From positions 1-37,417 of the forward strand of contig JAUQYZ020000008.1 of assembly GCA_030587475.2 (NCBI GenBank): 37,417 nucleotides of DNA. The letters run 5' to 3'. Below, one piece after another: positions 7,345-15,304 of this stretch (its first letter is position 1; each line of letters starts with the position of its first letter). The position numbers and the translations under genes are program-made. The notes beneath the pieces were generated by a model. The model was not told the DNA's origin and ran no database searches. It was given only the letters and a program-made list of their open reading frames with translations. The stretch is from Candidatus Sigynarchaeum calidifontis (GTDB taxonomy: Archaea > Asgardarchaeota > Lokiarchaeia > Sigyniarchaeales > Sigyniarchaeaceae).

Positions 7345-7863
7345 TCAGGTCCTTTCCTTGAAATCCTCATCCCCGCGGAGGTCAGGCTCGAAACTCTTGC
7401 AGATCGCCTCGGGATTCGCGGTTTTGTCCTTGAGCAAGCATCTCGGCTTCTCGTACTTGATGCATATCTTGCACTTGTACCTGCGCGAGTCGAGCCGCTC
7501 CTTGATCCTGGCCACCTCCTCGGGCTGGTTTCCCGAGCGGATGCGCGATCGCACGGCCTCGTACGGGACGCCGGCCATCTTGCAGAAGATGGTCGTGGAA
7601 GCTGGCGGATCCCAGTCATTGTATTCGTAGCGCGGGTCTGGCGGCGGGGGTTGCGGCTTGATATTCTTGATCGTCTCGTGATAGATGTCGAGGAAATCCC
7701 CGTACACGTCGATCGTCTCCGAATCCTCCGCCGCGGGCACCGGCACGGCCAGGCCGCAAGCCGTGCACTTGACGGTGACCTTCCCGCGTGCCCGTTCCTT
7801 GCGGAACGCGGGCATGGCGAGCGAGCGGCGGCCGCATTTCGGGCATTTCCAGATGTCGGACAT
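7345..7863 (-). CDS. elf1: Transcription elongation factor Elf1-like Zn ribbon with ~100-aa C-terminal extension
   Basis: WKCPKCG..VKCTACG..ETIDVYGDFLDIY matches the Elf1 pattern; TATA-like CTTATAC ~25 bp upstream of ATG 7863. Confidence 0.75.
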   Translation of the reverse strand: MSDIWKCPKCGRRSLAMPAFRKERARGKVTVKCTACGLAVPVPAAEDSETIDVYGDFLDIYHETIKNIKPQPPPPDPRYEYNDWDPPASTTIFCKMAGVPYEAVRSRIRSGNQPEEVARIKERLDSRRYKCKICIKYEKPRCLLKDKTANPEAICKSFEPDLRGDEDFKERT

Positions 7864-8142
7864 TATCAGATTACATGTCTCACGCGTGTATAAGGTAGAG
7901 CATGCCGCCCGCGCGCGAGCAACATGCACGGATCATAAGTGCACGGCTTGTGGGTTCTCTTTGGCGAAATACGCGAGTTAGATCTTGCCCGTCGCGTGAA
8001 ATCAATGCAGTCAAGCGAGAAAAAAACAAGCCGCGGGTGCAATAATCGATTTCACGAGCGGTCAGGTGAACATGGATATGGAGGTGGCGGTTGAAAAAAA
8101 GAGGATCCAGCTCTCTCTATAAAATGAAGCCCGACCTGTCGT

Positions 8143-8916
8143 TCAATGCCCATGCGCGTGTATTGACAGGAGCAAAAGCACGGTCACGATGCCGATCGTG
8201 ATAAACGCGAGCTGCAAGAGGACTTGCTTCACGTCGGGCTTGTGGTGGTGGAGCTCCGGGGATAGATCCGCGAGGGCAATGTAGATGAATGACGCGGCGG
8301 ATATTATCACGATGTAGGGCTCCGCGGCTTCCATCGCTTCGAGGGCGAAGTAGGCGATGATCGACCCGGCGACCATCGTGAGATTCGAGATCAAGTTCGC
8401 TAGAAGAGCTTTCTTGCGGGGATACCCGCTGTTGATGAGGATGGCAAAGTCGCCTACCTCCTGGGCAACCTCGTGGATGATGACGGCGATGCTCACGGCA
8501 ATGCCCAGCTCGATGGACGAGAGAAAGCTCGCCGCGATCAAGATGCCATCGACGATGTTGTGTATACCGTCGCCAACGAGGATCATCGAGCCGATCTTTT
8601 TCCGTTCCTCGCACAACTGGTCATGGCAGTGGTGCCACAAGATCGCCTTCTCGAGCACGAAATAACCCAGGATGGCGAACAAGAAGGTGTAGAACAATGG
8701 CTCCGGTTCGGCGACCGTTCCATGCTCGAGTGCCTCGGGGATGAGGCCGATGATTGCAGACGCGAGGAGCGTGCCGGTCGCGTAGGCCACCATCCACGGG
8801 ATGTATTTGGTACGCGCTTCCTCCTTCAACGTGAGCGCCAGCGATGCAGCGCCGATCGATCCGATGCTCGCAATGGTGCTGAAGAGAACGATCCAAGCTA
8901 ACATCGTGATTTTCAC
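8143..8916 (-). CDS. ZIP-family divalent metal (Zn) transporter
   Basis: ~8 TM segments; His-rich loop WHHCHD; GDGIHNIVDG and IHEVAQEVGDF signatures. Confidence 0.93.
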   Translation of the reverse strand: MKITMLAWIVLFSTIASIGSIGAASLALTLKEEARTKYIPWMVAYATGTLLASAIIGLIPEALEHGTVAEPEPLFYTFLFAILGYFVLEKAILWHHCHDQLCEERKKIGSMILVGDGIHNIVDGILIAASFLSSIELGIAVSIAVIIHEVAQEVGDFAILINSGYPRKKALLANLISNLTMVAGSIIAYFALEAMEAAEPYIVIISAASFIYIALADLSPELHHHKPDVKQVLLQLAFITIGIVTVLLLLSIHAHGH

Positions 8917-8930
8917 CTATGGCACGAGGA

Positions 8931-8948
8931 ATTACGACGCATCGTAAA
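8931..8948. promoter_or_regulatory. Palindromic operator 1 (TTACGA-N4-TCGTAA), probable DtxR-family site
   Basis: ATTACGACGCATCGTAAA; same half-sites as operator 2. Confidence 0.65.
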
Positions 8949-8975
8949 AACGAAGGAAAACGAAATATATAAATC

Positions 8976-8993
8976 TTTACGATCGATCGTAAA
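8976..8993. promoter_or_regulatory. Palindromic operator 2 (perfect 18-bp palindrome)
   Basis: TTTACGATCGATCGTAAA adjacent to TATA-like ATATATAAA at 8965-8973. Confidence 0.7.
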
Positions 8994-9090
8994 AGCCAGC
9001 AATGGAAGAAATTCGGCTTGATAATCGTGAATGAACTTCAATCTCGGTATTTTTCTGGATAACAGCATCATCCGTGCCTTGAGGTCGAAC

Positions 9091-9513
9091 ATGAGCGCCG
9101 TAGAACCGAACACGCTGGAATACCGGATCCTCATGCAATTCTTGCTCGAGAAACGAGGGATCAAAGCCGGAGAGCTAGCGAGACGGCTCAATACTAGCCA
9201 CAGCACGATCAACAGCGCGCTCAAGCGCATGGCGGAGCGTGAACTCGTCAAGTGGAAACACTACGGCAATATCGAGCTGGACAAGAAAGGTATCGATGCG
9301 CTAAAGCACATCGAGGTACACCATCACCTCATCGAGGTGTACCTGGTCGACACGCTCGCGATGACGCCGGAAGACGCGCACGCGGAGAGCTTTCGCATCG
9401 CCCCGCACGTTTCGTGCACGATGATCAAGCGCATCTGCAACAAGTACGGGAACCCGGCGACGTGTCCCTCAAAGCACGTGATTCCCGAATTTCCAGGCTG
9501 CCACGACCATTAA
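9091..9513 (+). CDS. DtxR/MntR-family metal-dependent transcriptional repressor
   Basis: wHTH ELARRLNTSHSTINSALKRM; HHHLIEVYL dimerisation helix; GNPATCP..H.IP tail; alternative start 9031. Confidence 0.9.
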   Translation: MSAVEPNTLEYRILMQFLLEKRGIKAGELARRLNTSHSTINSALKRMAERELVKWKHYGNIELDKKGIDALKHIEVHHHLIEVYLVDTLAMTPEDAHAESFRIAPHVSCTMIKRICNKYGNPATCPSKHVIPEFPGCHDH

Positions 9514-9613
9514 CCTACTCGCGTTTTCTTTCGGAATTGCCCAGTTCAAATTTATTATCTATGACGCGCATTGAATAACACGAGTCCGACGAACTCACGA
9601 GGTCATCAAGTTC

Positions 9614-10777
9614 ATGCTAGCAACCAGCGCAGCAATCTCCAACATGATATCAATGATCATCTCGCTTGGAACCAATGTCGTGGCCGCCATGTTACTCCTC
9701 CGAACCTACAAGGCCTGGAAATTCAAACCGCTGCTCGTGGCAGCCATCGGTTTTTTGCTCCTCGCCGCGAGCCCGGTATTTGACATGTCATGCCGTTTCC
9801 AACCGGGAACTGCAGGTGACTGGATCGGGCATTTGATGCGCATTAGCGGGGCACTATTCTACATCGGTTCCTACCTAATCCTTCAAAGCTTGTTATCGAC
9901 GCAGCCAGTGCCTCCCGTCGCCCGGCTGATCGTGTATGCTTTCATCTATGGTGCAATGTGTCAGGTCTACTTGCTTCCCGAATGGAACCATGCCGTGTAC
10001 GATCCGGTTACAGAAATCTGGTACACGGATCCGTCCAATTATGTCGTCTTCGGGGCGTTGATGGTGCTCACGGTGCTGCCCACGTTCGATATCCTCGCGT
10101 TGATCATCCGCCGCCTCCGTGCAACGTTTATCAACAAGCAATCCCGAGCTGCGGTCATCATCCTTCTCGTCGGGGTGCTGCTTCCCATGTTCGGCTCATC
10201 GGTCCCGTATTTCTTCCCGATCGAGACATTCCCCTCCATTATCGTTGCAAACATCATGCTCGCACTTGGTTTCGTGTTTTTTGCGATATCCCTCAGCATT
10301 GACCCCATCGTGCTTGCTTTTTCGAGATCCATCCTCGATCGGCTCGTCATCACGCGTTCAGACAAGGGTGACATCGTGATCACGGGATATTCATGGACTC
10401 GTCCTCAAGACGACGTGTCCTTGTCGACGCAGTTGCTCACCGCTGTCACGAAGATTTTGGAGAACCAGATCGATTCGAGTGGCGGGAAGCAGGAGCTTCA
10501 ACAGGTGCACTTGAACCAGATGGACGTGCTGATCGAAAAAAATCCCCGGTTCACTGCCTACTTGATCGTGAAGAACGCGGATGCCATCTGCAGGATCGGC
10601 CTCAAGCAACTGCTCGCGCGCTTCGACATGCGATACGGGAGCCGGGAGGGCATCGACACCTTCGCAATGGTGGGAGTGGACGAATTTCTTCCCATGGTCG
10701 AGCGTGTCTTCACGTTCGCGTCCACCCGGACGTTGACCCCAATGAACGATGGTTCGCCCGGCGGGGAAAACACTTGA
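9614..10777 (+). CDS. Multi-pass (~7 TM) membrane protein with C-terminal longin/roadblock-like domain
   Basis: Seven hydrophobic segments in aa 1-235, then a soluble beta-beta-alpha-beta3-alpha pattern (LSTQLLTAVTKIL..LQQVHL..VLIEK..AYLIVK..GLKQLLARF). Confidence 0.6.
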   Translation: MLATSAAISNMISMIISLGTNVVAAMLLLRTYKAWKFKPLLVAAIGFLLLAASPVFDMSCRFQPGTAGDWIGHLMRISGALFYIGSYLILQSLLSTQPVPPVARLIVYAFIYGAMCQVYLLPEWNHAVYDPVTEIWYTDPSNYVVFGALMVLTVLPTFDILALIIRRLRATFINKQSRAAVIILLVGVLLPMFGSSVPYFFPIETFPSIIVANIMLALGFVFFAISLSIDPIVLAFSRSILDRLVITRSDKGDIVITGYSWTRPQDDVSLSTQLLTAVTKILENQIDSSGGKQELQQVHLNQMDVLIEKNPRFTAYLIVKNADAICRIGLKQLLARFDMRYGSREGIDTFAMVGVDEFLPMVERVFTFASTRTLTPMNDGSPGGENT

Positions 10778-10811
10778 ACGCGCGCCCACGTTCCCGGGAA
10801 GTGAACAGCTA

Positions 10812-11074
10812 GACACGGCGAACACGCAAAAGGCCACGGGGATCCCTTCTTTCAACCCAAAGGAAGGCGATATTTTCTTCGTGAGCATAAAAAACACGTA
10901 GCACGTATACAAGATCCTCAAGATCGAGCAAATCACCGAGATTGACATTGCCAGTTTGTCACACGTGGCCAGTTTGACAAGGCGCTCGTCCAGTTCATGG
11001 CTGCTCTCGAGATGGATCCTGGCGACGCGCTCGCGAGGGAATGGCTTGAAAAAACCCGGGCAAGGTTAGGTTGA
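10812..11074 (+). pseudogene. Gene relic ending in a TPR motif
   Basis: PKEGDIFFVSIKNT*HVYKILKIE with in-frame TAG at 10899; frame change to GQFDKALVQFMAALEMDPGDALAREWLEK (TPR-like). Confidence 0.5.
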
Positions 11075-13324
11075 TGAATCGTCGTCGACGATGCATTTCA
11101 ACGGGATCCGCCACGCTATCGCCAGCATGAAGATCACGGCTGAAAAGATGATGATGGACCACGCGATCCACGACGACACTTGTCCCTCGTCCAGACCTTG
11201 AAAATAGTAGCCCAGGAGGTCACGTTCATCATCGTCGAGATCGTAGTTGAAGGTCGAAATGGCAACGCACTGGTGCGTGTTTCCCTTCAACGCGGCGAAA
11301 ATGGCAGCGGTGGAGCGGTTGGCGGGATCCGGGAGCCTGAGGCGAACGAAGGTATTCAGCTCGTAGTTCATGTGCATGTCAGATCCAGCCATGCAAGCCA
11401 GCCCGTTCGTGATGCAGAATTGCCGGGTCGTGCTGCCATAGAAGTTCCCACCGTTCACGATCTCGAAGCCGTCGACCCCGAAATCCCGCAATTGCGTCCT
11501 GGTATACGTGCCGCCCCAGTAATGGTTGACGGTAACGAACCCGCCGCGCGCTTTCGCCCATGCAATCACCTCGGGAATGGTCATGGGGTTCGGACCATCG
11601 GGATCCGAGTATCCACGTGGCGTCAAGGATTCCTCGACGCCGTAGATGTTGAGGTGTATTCCATCCGCGTCCGCGGTGAATTCTTGGGCGACGATGACCG
11701 TAAAGTCGAGGTGGTTCTTTTCCACGAATTCTTTCGCCCGGATGGCGCCGAGGGGGGTGTGGTGATCCGAGAACGCGGCGCCGTCGATCCCCTGGTCGAT
11801 ATACCACAGCACCCTCTGCTCGGGCGTGAGGTGCCCGTCGGATGCGGTCGTGTGGACGTGGAAATCGAACAAGAACTCGTCCGAGGCGAGACTCGCTTGG
11901 ATGCGGTGCGTCGGAAGGTTGAACGAGAGCATGGTGAAATTGACGCAAAAGAAGAGGATGAACGCGCAAGCGAAGTATGACACCTCGCGCCTGAAGGACA
12001 TCGAGGTGTCGTGGAGTAATCGGTAGAGCATTCGCCGCGGCCGCGGGTCCGCCTTGCCGGCCGATATCCGGAGCCTATAGTGCAGGAACACGACCAGGTT
12101 GTAGGTACCTCGGCCGACGAAAAGGAAAATGACCATGTACGAACCGAGATGAAAGAGCATCTCGAAGTTACATGCAAGAAATATAAACCCATCAACCATG
12201 TAACCAGCTATTGCATAGCCGACGAGGCACAAGAACACGAGAGCGCCGCACTTCATGGCGAATTTGCAAGTATCTTCCACGTATGCCATGATGACCCGTC
12301 GCTTCGTACTATTGATCAACACGATATCGTTGACGAGAAAGAGGAAAATTCGTGCAAATACGTAGATCGTGATGAAAAAAGGCAACCGCTCGACCGGGTT
12401 GCTGTTGAAAGGGAGGATCAAGCTGATGCCGATGAATGGTTCGAAGATATACCGTGCCTGCGGGATCTCGGAGTTATATTGTCCCGAGACATCGGTACCC
12501 GATAGCCAGTCGTAAAACACGACGTTTCTCAGCGCGCCCGAGGTCACCGAGAGCAAGTAATTCATCCACGCGATGAAGAGCACTGCAAGGATCACGACGA
12601 CCGCCGCAAAGCGGGAGAACGAGAGCAATCTCCTTGGCGTCATGTGCAATCTCGTGGTTCTCGCCTGCTTGGCTTGAGCTTGCAGATTCGAGGATCGCCG
12701 GGCTTGAATGAAATTGGAAACGATCTGGATCGCCAGCTCGATCATCGACAAGATCCAGGTTGCAGCGATGAAATACCAGACTTTTTCACCGAACTCCGCA
12801 TACCAGTCGAAAGTTATGCCATACGATGCAAAAAAGGACCACGATTCGAGGAGATCGAGCACCAGCGGAAACCCGATCAGGAACGCGAGGGCCGAGAATC
12901 CCCACAATAGGCCCCGGATCGCCTTCCGCAGGTTCTCCCGGCTGGCATAGTGCTTGTTGAAAAACCCGCGCCACAAGCCGTTGAAGGCGATGACGAACCC
13001 GATGGCGCTCGCCATTGCGATCGGCGGGAGGTTCCTCGCAAAAACGAAGCTACACGCGGCAAAAAGGCCACCAAGGATCATCTCGAGGATGCCCTCGATC
13101 TTGCTCCGGTTCCAGTATATACCGCTTAAGAAATGCACGAGGGAAACGGCAGCGTACGACGCGGGGACGAGGATCTCGAACAAGAAGAATATCCACGAGC
13201 CCGTGATGACCAGGGACACCAGCGTGATTGCCGAAAAGACGATGCAAGTGACGAGGGCTGGCACGTGCTGGCGGTCCCCTTGCTGATGTTCCATTACTTG
13301 CACCGCTGCCGAGTTTCCAGCCAT
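11066..13324 (-). CDS. Polytopic membrane protein with PHP phosphoesterase domain
   Basis: DFHVHTTASDG, FSDHH, AQEFT, VNHY, GSDMH PHP motifs after many TM helices; TATA CTTATAAA ~30 bp upstream. Confidence 0.85.
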   Translation of the reverse strand: MAGNSAAVQVMEHQQGDRQHVPALVTCIVFSAITLVSLVITGSWIFFLFEILVPASYAAVSLVHFLSGIYWNRSKIEGILEMILGGLFAACSFVFARNLPPIAMASAIGFVIAFNGLWRGFFNKHYASRENLRKAIRGLLWGFSALAFLIGFPLVLDLLESWSFFASYGITFDWYAEFGEKVWYFIAATWILSMIELAIQIVSNFIQARRSSNLQAQAKQARTTRLHMTPRRLLSFSRFAAVVVILAVLFIAWMNYLLSVTSGALRNVVFYDWLSGTDVSGQYNSEIPQARYIFEPFIGISLILPFNSNPVERLPFFITIYVFARIFLFLVNDIVLINSTKRRVIMAYVEDTCKFAMKCGALVFLCLVGYAIAGYMVDGFIFLACNFEMLFHLGSYMVIFLFVGRGTYNLVVFLHYRLRISAGKADPRPRRMLYRLLHDTSMSFRREVSYFACAFILFFCVNFTMLSFNLPTHRIQASLASDEFLFDFHVHTTASDGHLTPEQRVLWYIDQGIDGAAFSDHHTPLGAIRAKEFVEKNHLDFTVIVAQEFTADADGIHLNIYGVEESLTPRGYSDPDGPNPMTIPEVIAWAKARGGFVTVNHYWGGTYTRTQLRDFGVDGFEIVNGGNFYGSTTRQFCITNGLACMAGSDMHMNYELNTFVRLRLPDPANRSTAAIFAALKGNTHQCVAISTFNYDLDDDERDLLGYYFQGLDEGQVSSWIAWSIIIFSAVIFMLAIAWRIPLKCIVDDDSST

Positions 13325-13503
13325 CCGGATCACGTCAAGACTTGATTCGGCCGTTTATAAGGCTTTTCTCAAGGTTCGAGGATATAACACGTAGATCTCG
13401 GTCTCGGATCGATGCTGTTCGAGAAGCGATTCGAGATAGGCTCTAAAACCCGTGGCTGGAGAAAACAAGGAATGAAAAGTATATCGCGGTTCACGGGTCA
13501 AGG

Positions 13504-14949
13504 TCATATCCTTCCCGTTTTCAAGTAATTCTCGAATTTCTTGAGGAAATCTTCAGTATCAACGGGGGACATCGATGTATTGACCACGATCTTGCCGCCG
13601 TCGAACCTGATGAGGTCCTCCCTGTTGAGGGACACGATGAAATTGTAGAGCACCTCGGGATCGCTGAAGCCGAGCTGCTGGGCGAGCTTGAAGGGCTCGA
13701 GCTTGCCCTTTTTCGAGAGCAAGAACTCCTCCATGTTGCTCACGAACTTGTAGATGTCCTCTTGCGAGTAATCGAACGCGCCCTCGCTCACTGGTGGTTT
13801 CGGCGACATGCCGGCCGTCGGGCTCATGAGGGAAAGGTTCCCACCCGGCGGCCCCATTCCAGGCAACCCGCCTGGTGGCCCCATCGGGGGACCCGGCATC
13901 GGTCCCGGCGGCCCCATCGGGGACGGCCCCGGCATGCCCATCGGGGGACCCGGCATCGGTCCCGGCGGTCCCGGCATCGGCCCTGGCGGCCTCATCGCGC
14001 CTGGTGGCCCGGGCATCGGCCCTGGCGGCCCCATCGCGCCTGGCGGCCCCGGCATCGGCCCTGGCGGCCCCATCGCGCCTGGTGGCCCGGGTATCGGCCC
14101 TGGCGGCCCCATCGCGCCTGGCGGCCCCGGCATCGGCCCTGGTGGCCCCATCTGGGGCGCCATCGCCGCCATCTTGATCTCCGGCGGTGCGTTCGGGTTG
14201 TTCGCGAGCTTTTGCTTGAGCTCGCCGAGCAAACCGCCACCGCGGGGGGTTGGCCTCGGCGCCATGCCGCCTGGCGGGCCGCCCATCGGGGGCGGGCCCA
14301 TGGCCGGTGGCGGGGGAGGCAATGCGCCCGGCGGTGCGCCCATCGGGGGCGGTGCCATGCCTGGCGGCGCGCCCATCGGGGGCGAAATAGCCATCGGGGG
14401 AGGAGAAGCCATCGGTGGCGACGACATGCCATAAGCTGGCGCCGCGGGCGCTGCAGATATGCTGACCGGGGCACCCAGGCCGGGCGGCGGTGGCATGTTG
14501 TAGGCAGGCGATGGTGGCGGCTGCGACATGCCCATCGGCGGCGCGGAAGCCATCGGTGGCGCGGAAGCCATCGGTGGCGGGGAAGCCATCGGAGGCGGTT
14601 GTGCCATGCCATAGCCAGGCGAGGGTTGCGGGGCCCCGTATCCTGGACCTGGTGCCGGCCCCGGAGTGCCATAGCCCGGTCCTGGCGCCGGGGCGGCCAT
14701 CGGTGGCGGCGCCATGGCACGCATCTTGGCTTGCTTCGCGCGCATTTCTTCTTCTTGCTTTTGCTTCTTGGCCATCGCTTCTGCCTGGATCTGCGCCTCC
14801 TCGCCTTTGTGCCATTCCTGTTTACATTTTTGGCAGGCAAATTTTTTTCCGTACCGAAGAGGCGCGTAAGATAGAATATTTGACTTGTCATCCACTTCGC
14901 TTATGCGCAAACCACCACAAGCCGGGCAGACGCGCTGTTGAGTGCTCAT
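13504..14949 (-). CDS. Zn-ribbon / polyproline / WH2-like helix / winged-helix protein
   Basis: CPACG..CQKC N-terminus; charged helix; ~300 aa Pro/Gly/Met-rich region; GGGLLGELKQKLA helix; C-terminal KLAQQLGF..DLIRFDGGKIVV wHTH-like. Confidence 0.8.
   Translation of the reverse strand: MSTQQRVCPACGGLRISEVDDKSNILSYAPLRYGKKFACQKCKQEWHKGEEAQIQAEAMAKKQKQEEEMRAKQAKMRAMAPPPMAAPAPGPGYGTPGPAPGPGYGAPQPSPGYGMAQPPPMASPPPMASAPPMASAPPMGMSQPPPSPAYNMPPPPGLGAPVSISAAPAAPAYGMSSPPMASPPPMAISPPMGAPPGMAPPPMGAPPGALPPPPPAMGPPPMGGPPGGMAPRPTPRGGGLLGELKQKLANNPNAPPEIKMAAMAPQMGPPGPMPGPPGAMGPPGPIPGPPGAMGPPGPMPGPPGAMGPPGPMPGPPGAMRPPGPMPGPPGPMPGPPMGMPGPSPMGPPGPMPGPPMGPPGGLPGMGPPGGNLSLMSPTAGMSPKPPVSEGAFDYSQEDIYKFVSNMEEFLLSKKGKLEPFKLAQQLGFSDPEVLYNFIVSLNREDLIRFDGGKIVVNTSMSPVDTEDFLKKFENYLKTGRI
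13971..14151. repeat. 39-bp coding tandem repeat (~4.6 copies) encoding MGPPGPMPGPPGA
   Basis: Units begin at 13971, 14010, 14049, 14088, 14127; TGGT/TGGC variants alternate. Confidence 0.9.
14540..14598. repeat. 18-bp coding tandem repeat (~3 copies) encoding PPMAS[AP]
   Basis: GGAAGCCATCGGTGGCGC units. Confidence 0.8.
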
Positions 14950-15240
14950 TTGTGATAGCCCCTTTCAAGATCACGTGCTTTTCGTCCACTCGTTGGGACG
15001 CAAATCTAGGAAAACCCTTTGTCTATAATAGATCTCGCAATAGGTTCTTATAATACTTCTCGCGTTTTGACCCGACACTGCCCCTTTCCCGCGAGATCTC
15101 TCCTTGCCTTGTCGGCGATTGTGGGACACTCGGATTGTAGCCAGCATAGGTATGGAATAGCACGCGATCGGCCGCTATACGACCGCGCGGGCAAGTCCGG
15201 GACTCACAAGCTGCCGGCGTCGCTGCCTCACGTGGTGTAA

Positions 15241-15254
15241 CGAAAATTTTTATC
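15241..15254 (+). promoter_or_regulatory. BRE/TATA promoter for the 15305 gene
   Basis: CGAAAA-TTTTTATC. Confidence 0.5.
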
Positions 15255-15304
15255 GCTTCCCCTTCAATATATCCATCGTAGCCTGGCATCCACGGCTCCT
15301 ACCC

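Noticed and set aside
10899-10901. Pyrrolysine or read-through at the in-frame TAG
   Set aside because: The relic also has a frame change and no pyl context; pseudogenisation is simpler.
13762-14874. Long alternative-frame ORFs over the Pro-rich gene, and a CRISPR interpretation of the 39-bp repeats
   Set aside because: Shadow ORFs of GC-rich repetitive coding DNA; the repeats are contiguous with no unique spacers and no cas genes.
15060-15240. SRP RNA or RNase P RNA (GCAAGTCCGGG resembles GAAAGTCC)
   Set aside because: No helix-8 CAGG/GNRA/AGCA motif, no Alu domain, and no P4 3' partner (ACAGAA); too short for RNase P.
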